A DNA stretch of 62,734 nucleotides, counting the filler, from Collodictyon triciliatum (Eukaryota), in assembly GCA_043381765.1 (NCBI GenBank). It is 5 parts of 4 records of this genome, joined end to end, with 100 filler letters (N's around TTAATTAATTAA, not from the genome) between each part and the next. Parts side by side here need not be neighbours in the genome. Positions count along the whole stretch, not along the records: positions 1 to 14,312 come from JBHJMP010001853.1; 4 more parts are not named here. The stretch is one strand, 5' to 3'. Below are positions 1-6,921 of the stretch, piece by piece. Both the position numbers and the translations under genes were made by a program. The notes below the pieces were generated by a model. That model did not search any database and was not told where the DNA came from. It was given only the letters and a program-made list of their open reading frames with translations. How positions within the stretch are numbered: the first letter of the stretch is position 1; every line of letters begins with the position of its first letter.

Positions 1-79
1 GTTTACAAAAAAGAAGTAGTGGATGAACAGAAAACCGAACTGTAAAAACGTAAAAGAGTACAAAGTCACTTTTATTCCC
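1..79 (+). repeat. Direct repeat copy 1 (may extend left of the window)
   Basis: Matches 4702-4781 with 3 substitutions and a 1-nt indel in a T run. Confidence 0.95.
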
Positions 80-117
80 ACCATGCCCCCTATATTTTAT
101 TTCTCTATTAAATTATT

Positions 118-1224
118 ATGGTTATTAAAAAGACTGATCAAGAATATTTAGAACAAGCCTATCAGTCTACCGCACATACAAACTCAGTCGCCGGTCTTTG
201 GGCACAAGTCAAACAATACGGAATTACTAAAGCCAGTGTCTCTAATTTCCTCAAACAACAGCCAGACTATCAAACACTCCAAGCCAAGAAAAAAGAAAAA
301 AGAACTGCAACTATGGTAAGATATAAACCCGGTTACATTCAGATGGACACCATTGATATCACACCGATGAAAAGTAAAGTAGCTAAACACTTGCTGACTC
401 TTGTTGATATCTTTACCAGAAAGCTCTGGGCGTTTCCACTCAAAAATAAAAGTGCCGATCTTGTCAGTAAAAGACTTACTGAATTTCTTAATCAGTACAA
501 AGTAACAAACACCGTCCAGTCTGATAACGGAGTTGAGTTCAAAAAAGATGTCCCAGAACTTTTAAAAGAACGAGGCGTCAATGAAGTCAAGTCTGCTCCA
601 GCCAATCCGACGACGAACGCATTTGTTGAAAGAGCAAATGGTGTTTTGAAAAGAGCACTTTATGGATATCTCCAGAAAACTGGCAAAGACCCTATTCCAA
701 ATCTCCAAGACTTTGTGGATAGTATTAATTTAGTTAAAAATGAGACGACGCAAGTAGTCCCCGAGGTTGCCATACTGCCAGAGAATAAAGAAAAGATAAT
801 TGAAAATATTACAAAGTACGCAAATAAAAAAGGATCTGCATCCACAAAATTATTAAATGTGGGGGACAAAGTCAGAGTGTTGTTAGAAAAAACAAATATC
901 ACCGCGGCGAAAAAAAACGAACTAAAGCAGAGTAAAGGCTTCCTGCCAAGATACTCAAATGAAATATATACAATAGAAAGTAGAAACACACCCAATGATA
1001 AATTCTCTGCACCAACATATTATTTGAAAGATTATAAAACTGCAAACACAAAAAAGCAACGATTCCTTCAAAGTGACTTATTAAAAATAGATGATACAAT
1101 CACTAAAGGACAGACACATAAACCAGCCGTTGATTTGTTAAAGCATACCAAGGTAGATAGACGCAGCAAAGAAAATAAACAAGACCCAACGTATAGACAA
1201 ACAAGAAGTAGATCAAAAAAATAA
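118..1224 (+). CDS. Polinton/Mavirus-type retroviral-like (rve, DDE) integrase
   Basis: QMDTID, LTLVDIFTRKLWAFPLKNKS, VQSDNGVEF and NAFVERANGVLK give the DDE core; C-terminal VGDKVRV...KGFLPRYSNEIYTI is typical of Polinton integrases; uninterrupted ORF. Confidence 0.93.
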   Translation: MVIKKTDQEYLEQAYQSTAHTNSVAGLWAQVKQYGITKASVSNFLKQQPDYQTLQAKKKEKRTATMVRYKPGYIQMDTIDITPMKSKVAKHLLTLVDIFTRKLWAFPLKNKSADLVSKRLTEFLNQYKVTNTVQSDNGVEFKKDVPELLKERGVNEVKSAPANPTTNAFVERANGVLKRALYGYLQKTGKDPIPNLQDFVDSINLVKNETTQVVPEVAILPENKEKIIENITKYANKKGSASTKLLNVGDKVRVLLEKTNITAAKKNELKQSKGFLPRYSNEIYTIESRNTPNDKFSAPTYYLKDYKTANTKKQRFLQSDLLKIDDTITKGQTHKPAVDLLKHTKVDRRSKENKQDPTYRQTRSRSKK

Positions 1225-1226
1225 TT

Positions 1227-1841
1227 TTATTTCTTAGGGTTAGGGGGTCGTCCTCGTCCACGCTTGATTACAACTTTTGGCTCTGGCTCCGGCTCCGGCT
1301 GCAAAGCCGGTTCTGGCTCTGGCTCTTCTACTTTTCTCTTCTTGTATTTTCTTTTTGATTCAGAAACTATCTTTTCAATTGTCTGCTTCTCTAGCTTCTT
1401 GGCCTCTGCAATATCATCCTTTAGCTTTTCGCTTTCTGCTTCTTGCTTGATCTTTCTTGTTCGTTGCCTACCTTTTACTGCCTTGTCCATACCCTTGGCA
1501 AGAGTTTCTTTTAACGTCTGTTTCGACTTGGCAAAGAAATAAACATCCTCGGGGTTAACCGACCATTTCTTTTTTTTATCCAGCGTAGAAAATCCATAGA
1601 GATCCACTTTTATTTTTTTTATCTCCTTTAAAGTTTCATCCGGCAAATAACTGATATACCCCCCCTTTACTAATTTCGGTTCAGTTTCTTTTTTCTCCAA
1701 ACTATCATTTTGGTATTTTCTAGGTTTTGGAATATAGGTAACAAAGTCATTCACTTTTATATCCTTGGGTTCAATGAACTCCCAATTGTCACTAAAGTCT
1801 TTTGGCAGTTTCGCTTTTATTTCCTCGGGAATCATTACCAT
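1227..1841 (-). CDS. Hypothetical viral protein with N-terminal globular domain, charged coil, EP repeats and C-terminal AT-hook
   Basis: First ATG at 1841 (the ORF track begins at a TTG); ends in KRGRGRPP AT-hook; converges on the integrase with a 2-nt spacer. Confidence 0.75.
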   Translation of the reverse strand: MVMIPEEIKAKLPKDFSDNWEFIEPKDIKVNDFVTYIPKPRKYQNDSLEKKETEPKLVKGGYISYLPDETLKEIKKIKVDLYGFSTLDKKKKWSVNPEDVYFFAKSKQTLKETLAKGMDKAVKGRQRTRKIKQEAESEKLKDDIAEAKKLEKQTIEKIVSESKRKYKKRKVEEPEPEPALQPEPEPEPKVVIKRGRGRPPNPKK

Positions 1842-1871
1842 TATCAATTATTTTATTTTTAGAATTAAACG

Positions 1872-1881
1872 CAACTTAAAG
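1872..1881 (+). promoter_or_regulatory. CAACTTAAAG motif upstream of ORF 1920
   Basis: Identical 10-mer occurs in sense orientation upstream of the TVpol-helicase gene (4519-4528, minus). Confidence 0.4.
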
Positions 1882-1919
1882 TTATCTCACTAAGATAATT
1901 TACGAACAACTCTTTAAAT

Positions 1920-2138
1920 ATGGATTCTCAAACACTCGATGCGAACATAGCCGCTCTAAAATACTTTGGTGTCCCCGCTAAGGACGTCTTTGAAGCTCTC
2001 ATGCGTTCCGCTCGCCGCAAAGAAAGTTTACAAAAACATTATATCAAAAGAAAAACAGAAGAGAAAGAAAAATACAAATGGAGAAACCCCGAGGTCACTG
2101 TGTACATTGATAAACAAGGAAATAAGTCTTATAAATAA
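1920..2138 (+). CDS. Small basic hypothetical viral protein (72 aa)
   Basis: ATG ORF filling the space between neighbours; stop codon lies within a hairpin shared with the convergent TVpol gene. Confidence 0.65.
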   Translation: MDSQTLDANIAALKYFGVPAKDVFEALMRSARRKESLQKHYIKRKTEEKEKYKWRNPEVTVYIDKQGNKSYK

Positions 2139-2163
2139 ATTTGTGCAATTGCACTAATTTATT
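2134..2163. terminator. Palindromic hairpin at convergent 3' ends
   Basis: AATAAATTTGTGCAATTGCACTAATTTATT is a 30-nt palindrome with one mismatched pair and covers both stop codons. Confidence 0.65.
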
Positions 2164-4489
2164 CAATTCGTTGTCTCTTCTGCTGACTCTCGGCAAACTC
2201 GGGAATTGTTGCGCAGACTCCTGGGTTTCTAAGCTTACGGCGAATCTCCATGTAGTTCAAGACATATTTGCTGTGGTGGTTAGTCGTGACATTATATTCT
2301 TTTTTGAATTCGATCCATTCTTTGTTATGACCAAATTTGTTTTTGTCCATTAGCTCATACTTTGGAAAGTATTGGGTCATAAAGAATCTATACAGATCAT
2401 ATAGTTCTGTGTGATACAAATCAAACTTGACACTGTCAAACCAACGATAACGATTAGTATCAATTCCAACAATCTTATTATATTTGTTCATCTCACTTTC
2501 GTTCCAATCCATAAACACATATTCAATAAAACTCTGAATCACTGATTTGTGTGACTCAGCCATTTCTTCCAGCATCTCACACTTTGGCATTTTGTTGAAA
2601 TCAAAACTTGGATTATACATGTTGAGTAATAACAACAAAAACTTTCTATTAAAATCTTCATCATCAGTTTCTGCTGCAAGTTGTTCCTCTTCTGATTTTT
2701 GTAGACGTGATTCAGAACATTCAATCACACAGAATCGGCGCATGTTGTCACGTTCAAATTTGACACCGATGCTTTTGTTTGTGCATAAAAATGTATTGAC
2801 ATAACATTTCTTTTTTTTGGGATCATTGCACATTTTTCTAAGATTGGTATATTGTCGGTCCACTAGGTCCTTAATTTCTCCCTGGAGTCCCTTGACGTTT
2901 TGAAATTCTGCCTCCTCGCAAATAAGTGCAAGGCATCCCTCAAGCATTGCATTGCGATTTCCAAACACCTCTTCAAAATTGCACGGGGCGCGCCAATACT
3001 GTGTTCCTAGAAGTTTGTCTCCAAAATGCAATTTCAAGAAACTTGATTTGCCTGTGCCTCCTTTCTTATTCGTCATAATAATCATCTTCTTAATTTTCTT
3101 GTGCGGGTTATAGATGATGTGCGCCAAGTACTGCAAAAAGTAAATATATGCATCTTGCTTTCCGTTGCACAACAGATTGAATATTTGATGGTAATGCTTT
3201 GATTTTATAAAATCCTCTGCCATTGTTGTGTGATAATGCGTAACATGGATATGTTTAAGATATTCATGATAATTTTCAAAGTCAGTAACTTTTTCGGCAA
3301 ACATTTTTTCAAAGGCAAACCCCGTGAACAAATTATAGTAGGAATAATTCCTAGTATCCATGTAAGGCACAAAATCAAATTTTTCATATTTTCTTTTGCC
3401 GTGCTTGCACAAAAGATTTGTGAATTTAGTGGCATTGGTTAAATTAAATTCTTCAAAATAACATTCTTTGCTAACATGCTCAAATTCTTGTTTATCTACA
3501 CCAATGGTTCTATAAAACTTGTCTCCAACTCTAAAATGAGTTTTTTCAAATTCTTCAATGCCCAGACTCTTATAGAGTACCTCCTGTTTGTCAATCTTTT
3601 CAAAGTCAAACGGGCTCTCCATTGATTTTTCTTTTATGACAACCTGATAACCGGTTTCTTGAAAAATAATTTCCTGACAATAATCTAATATTTCTTGGGG
3701 AAATTCTTTTTCGTTTTCAATTTTACGGACGGCACCCCCGTCGTACATGCCCAGGTCCAGCTGTCTATTTTTTTGTCTGAGTGCATTCTCAAATACAATT
3801 AGACATTCTCTTTCAACACTTTGGAAATAGTAAGACATTGCTCGTCCATACTTGTTATCGTCTTTTTCAAGCATTGGCTTTTTCCCAACTTTTAATTTAT
3901 GCCAATGTGGGACATTGACCCAAACATGTGCCGTGATAATATCGACTTCGTTTTTTAATTTTTTAAAGAATTGGTCTGTGTATGCAATAGGTGGTATTCC
4001 TCCATACAATAAAGTGCAGACATAACTTTTAAAAGTTTCTCGATCAATGTTTAACTTTTCCATGTATTCTTTAAAAATATTATCACGGTTAAAACAATAC
4101 TCTTGTAATGCCTCAACAACAATCCCGTTTTTATTAGCATACTGTAATATGAACGAGGGGTGAGCGTTCACAAAATCCAGGTCGTGGTAATACTTGGATA
4201 GCATTGCGTTACGAACGTCTCGCCAAGTATTTGCCAAACAATCAGTTGGACATACCCTTCCTACACCCCATACCCCCTTATGATTTTGTAATGCACTATA
4301 TTCTTTACCCATAGAATGAATACTAGTATAAGTATACAAATATACTTTAGGGTCAAGAGTGCATTTTCGTGACATTCTAATAAGCTTTTGCTTTATATCT
4401 TTCGGAACAATAGCATCTGAACACTTACACAGAAAGTCAGCGATTTCTTTGTCAAAAATGTAGGTATAGCTCTGGGATATCTGGCTCAT
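2159..4489 (-). CDS. TVpol (PolA-related primase/polymerase) fused to SF3/D5-like helicase
   Basis: Motif A YYHDLDFVNAHP, motif B RETFKSYVCTLLYGG, SYYFQSVE, motif C GMYDG; helicase Walker A GGTGKS, Walker B LICEE, motif C FLCTN, MRRFCVI. Confidence 0.88.
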   Translation of the reverse strand: MSQISQSYTYIFDKEIADFLCKCSDAIVPKDIKQKLIRMSRKCTLDPKVYLYTYTSIHSMGKEYSALQNHKGVWGVGRVCPTDCLANTWRDVRNAMLSKYYHDLDFVNAHPSFILQYANKNGIVVEALQEYCFNRDNIFKEYMEKLNIDRETFKSYVCTLLYGGIPPIAYTDQFFKKLKNEVDIITAHVWVNVPHWHKLKVGKKPMLEKDDNKYGRAMSYYFQSVERECLIVFENALRQKNRQLDLGMYDGGAVRKIENEKEFPQEILDYCQEIIFQETGYQVVIKEKSMESPFDFEKIDKQEVLYKSLGIEEFEKTHFRVGDKFYRTIGVDKQEFEHVSKECYFEEFNLTNATKFTNLLCKHGKRKYEKFDFVPYMDTRNYSYYNLFTGFAFEKMFAEKVTDFENYHEYLKHIHVTHYHTTMAEDFIKSKHYHQIFNLLCNGKQDAYIYFLQYLAHIIYNPHKKIKKMIIMTNKKGGTGKSSFLKLHFGDKLLGTQYWRAPCNFEEVFGNRNAMLEGCLALICEEAEFQNVKGLQGEIKDLVDRQYTNLRKMCNDPKKKKCYVNTFLCTNKSIGVKFERDNMRRFCVIECSESRLQKSEEEQLAAETDDEDFNRKFLLLLLNMYNPSFDFNKMPKCEMLEEMAESHKSVIQSFIEYVFMDWNESEMNKYNKIVGIDTNRYRWFDSVKFDLYHTELYDLYRFFMTQYFPKYELMDKNKFGHNKEWIEFKKEYNVTTNHHSKYVLNYMEIRRKLRNPGVCATIPEFAESQQKRQRIE

Positions 4490-4518
4490 CTTGTTATTGT
4501 AATATCGTATTGATATCT

Positions 4519-4528
4519 CTTTAAGTTG
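4519..4528 (-). promoter_or_regulatory. CAACTTAAAG motif upstream of TVpol-helicase
   Basis: Same 10-mer as 1872-1881, 29 nt before the ATG. Confidence 0.4.
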
Positions 4529-4572
4529 GAAATTTAATAATCTGGGGATATATATTTTTTGTCAATTTATGG

Positions 4573-4690
4573 AATGCCCCCAACTTATACCCCCGTAGTA
4601 TCATTTATATTATTCTTTATCTTATTATATCTTTATATAACAATCTTTATATAAAAATATATAAAGGGGTATTGGGGGCATTGGGGTATT
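4573..4690. promoter_or_regulatory. Origin-like structure: C/G-run inverted repeat around an AT-rich core with an internal hairpin
   Basis: AATGCCCCCAA(CTTA)TACCCC at 4573-4593 versus GGGGTATTGGGGGCATT at 4666-4682; CTTTATATA-AAAA-TATATAAAG hairpin at 4645-4666; ATCTTTATATAA occurs twice. Confidence 0.5.
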
Positions 4691-4701
4691 ACTTTTTAAG
4701 A

Positions 4702-4781
4702 GTTTACAAAAAAGACGTGGTGGATGAACAGAAAACGGAACTGTAAAAACGTAAAAGAGTACAAAGTCACTTTTTATTCCC
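4702..4781 (+). repeat. Direct repeat copy 2
   Basis: Near-identical to 1-79. Confidence 0.95.
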
Positions 4782-4783
4782 CC

Positions 4784-4984
4784 CTATACCCCTCCACCCC
4801 CTTCATCAAAAGTTACACGAAATGGTTCGTCAGCAATAATTTGTAAAATAAAATCATTTTTTATAAAATCTTTTCTGTTTTTATTTGTTTTCTTTTTGGC
4901 TTTTTCTAAAGAATATATAAACAGCTGAAGTTCCTCCCAATTAACGAATTCGTGTGTAATATCATTTATAATTAGTTTGAACAT
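4784..4984 (-). CDS. Small hypothetical viral protein (66 aa)
   Basis: ATG ORF directly downstream of the ATPase and preceded by the conserved 17-nt motif. Confidence 0.6.
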   Translation of the reverse strand: MFKLIINDITHEFVNWEELQLFIYSLEKAKKKTNKNRKDFIKNDFILQIIADEPFRVTFDEGGGGV

Positions 4985-5009
4985 ACAATTCTAAACAAAT
5001 TATTTTTTG

Positions 5010-5744
5010 TCAATAGACTATTTCCGAGTTAAAATTCTTATAGACTTTGGGTTTTCTGGGTTGCAACAGATCGATGAACATAAAACAATAGTTTTCGTTC
5101 GTGCAATATTCTAAAAGTTCGTCAAACTTACTTTGCGATAAATTCGTTAGTTCGTTTAGTGCCTCTCGTTCTCGCTGGTTGCTGGTGTAAAAAGAAATTA
5201 AGTGAGTTGCGTTTTGTCTGAGTTTTGGATTCATCAATCTGATAGCCTGACTCACTATTATGATACTGAGATTATAATGTCGGTGTTTAAGAAAGTTCTT
5301 TAACATATTTTTAGTCGGTCTTTCGAAAACTGTGCTCAAGTCGTCAAGCACCAGGAGGTACTGGTCTTTCTTCCAATCGTCGGGTTTTGTTATATCCTCG
5401 AGTATGTTATCAAATATTTCATCAGTAAAATTATCAAAGCTTCTTTTTTTTGAAAAGCGAACACCCTCATAGCTGACATCGGAAATTTTACCATCCACCA
5501 TATTAGAAGAACAAAAATAACACTTTTCATAATACTTATAATATAATTCTTTTTGACGAAGCAGATTAGCGATTAAAATAGATTTCCCTGAGCCCGTCTT
5601 TGCAGAAATTAACATCAAGTACGGTCTACTCTCGGCCGGGTCAGGAAGCGCCTCCAACAGTATTTTTCTTTTACTTTTTTTTATGGCAGTCAAGGGTTGG
5701 ACCTTGAAATTATTGACTATCTTTTCTTCCATACAGTTATTCAT
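5010..5744 (-). CDS. A32-like (FtsK/HerA) DNA-packaging ATPase; true start possibly 5732
   Basis: Walker A ISAKTGSGKS, Walker B YLLVLDDL, KHRHYNLSIIIVSQ and PKLRQNATH motifs typical of Polinton/virophage/NCLDV packaging ATPases. Confidence 0.93.
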   Translation of the reverse strand: MNNCMEEKIVNNFKVQPLTAIKKSKRKILLEALPDPAESRPYLMLISAKTGSGKSILIANLLRQKELYYKYYEKCYFCSSNMVDGKISDVSYEGVRFSKKRSFDNFTDEIFDNILEDITKPDDWKKDQYLLVLDDLSTVFERPTKNMLKNFLKHRHYNLSIIIVSQAIRLMNPKLRQNATHLISFYTSNQREREALNELTNLSQSKFDELLEYCTNENYCFMFIDLLQPRKPKVYKNFNSEIVY

Positions 5745-5753
5745 AAAATAAAA

Positions 5754-6107
5754 TCAACGGAACAATACATTGGGGTCAAACTCGTATTCTCTTGTTTGTT
5801 CTTTGTCTACAGTTTCCTGTTTGGCTTTTTTATTCATTCGTTTGTTCATTTTATAAGCCTCTTCTTGTGTCAAGTATTGCACTATCTTATCGACTTTTGA
5901 ATTGATTGCGCTGTAATCGTGTGAAGGCTGCTTCGCTTTCTCGTATGTTTTTATTGTTTGAGCAATCTCTTTATTCTTTTTCTTTGCCTCTGTGGCTTTG
6001 ACTTGGATTTTTGCGAGATGAGCCTTTTGCTTTTCAGAAGCAACTCGTTTTGTTTTTCTTTTGTTTTTTTCTATGGTTTCCATATCGTTATCTGAATCAG
6101 AGTTCAT
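5754..6107 (-). CDS. Basic coiled-coil hypothetical viral protein (117 aa)
   Basis: ATG ORF co-directional with the ATPase; KRVASEKQKAHLAK basic helix; preceded by the 17-nt motif. Confidence 0.7.
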   Translation of the reverse strand: MNSDSDNDMETIEKNKRKTKRVASEKQKAHLAKIQVKATEAKKKNKEIAQTIKTYEKAKQPSHDYSAINSKVDKIVQYLTQEEAYKMNKRMNKKAKQETVDKEQTREYEFDPNVLFR

Positions 6108-6141
6108 AACCTTTCCAAGAAAATAATTTCTGAGTTAGATT
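6108..6141. promoter_or_regulatory. Bidirectional promoter made of two back-to-back 17-nt motifs
   Basis: The 34-nt intergenic region is exactly ATTTTCTTGGAAAGGTT (minus) plus AATTTCTGAGTTAGATT (plus), each abutting an ATG. Confidence 0.6.
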
Positions 6142-6906
6142 ATGGATAGAGCATATTACATTCACGTGGATTCAGCCAACAGATCAACCGGAAGTATATC
6201 AGACTTTAACTTTGCCACGACGCAGAACCGGTATGTTGCAAGCTCAGGTAAAGTTGCACTTGAAAGTATTCAAATCCCTTATGCCGTGCACAATGTTACT
6301 AGTGCCAATAATACATTAGTCTTTATTTGTAGTGTTAACAACAGCCCCGTTTCATACAATGTGTCACTTGAAACTGGATTACAAACCATCAATGAAATAG
6401 TTACTGACATCAGAACAAAGATAAACGCGGCAACCGCAGGCCAGGGAGCCGCAGCAGAAGTTACTGTTTCATTTTTAAGTGGCAAGCAAAAGATAGCAAT
6501 CAAAGCAGCAGGTCCAAATGTTTCATATGAACTGTTTGTGAATTCTAGTACATGTAGAGAGCTAATAGGACTAACAGCAAATCTTACGTTCAACACTAGT
6601 TTCGTTGAGCTGCAGAATATGGTCAATGTCCGTCCGTTTGATTATGTGTATCTAGTCAGCCCGAATATTCAGAGTTCAAGTTTTGCATCAAACATAGGGG
6701 GCAATGGCATCGTCGCAAAGATTCCGCTGAGTGTTGGTTCACGGTACTCGAATTATTATGAGGTGAATGACAATATCCTAGAGAATCTGATGGACTGCTC
6801 GTATATTCCGTTCAGCTGGAATTTCCGGCTGGTTGATAGACTGGGCAATACAATCAACCAACTTCAGGACTACAGCTTCACGCTGCGGATTATTCCAGAC
6901 TTTTAA
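6142..6906 (+). CDS. Probable minor capsid protein (penton, single jelly-roll)
   Basis: IHVDSANR..G...DF, ALESIQIPY..HNV...NNTLVF, DYVYLVS, IVAKIP and FRLVDRLGN...YSFTLRI follow the PLV/NCLDV penton pattern; beta-rich, 254 aa, next to ATPase and fibre. Confidence 0.72.
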   Translation: MDRAYYIHVDSANRSTGSISDFNFATTQNRYVASSGKVALESIQIPYAVHNVTSANNTLVFICSVNNSPVSYNVSLETGLQTINEIVTDIRTKINAATAGQGAAAEVTVSFLSGKQKIAIKAAGPNVSYELFVNSSTCRELIGLTANLTFNTSFVELQNMVNVRPFDYVYLVSPNIQSSSFASNIGGNGIVAKIPLSVGSRYSNYYEVNDNILENLMDCSYIPFSWNFRLVDRLGNTINQLQDYSFTLRIIPDF

Positions 6907-6921
6907 TTTCTTGCTTAATGT
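6905..6921 (+). promoter_or_regulatory. 17-nt motif before fibre gene
   Basis: AATTTCTTGCTTAATGT-ATG; 15/17 identical to 14099-14115. Confidence 0.6.

Noticed and set aside
1215-1236. Weak hairpin between integrase and ORF 1227
   Set aside because: Only A/T runs with a 2-nt loop; expected from two abutting stop codons
1844-1851. Near matches to the Mimivirus early promoter AAAATTGA (also 4562-4569, minus)
   Set aside because: One mismatch each in AT-rich DNA; not significant
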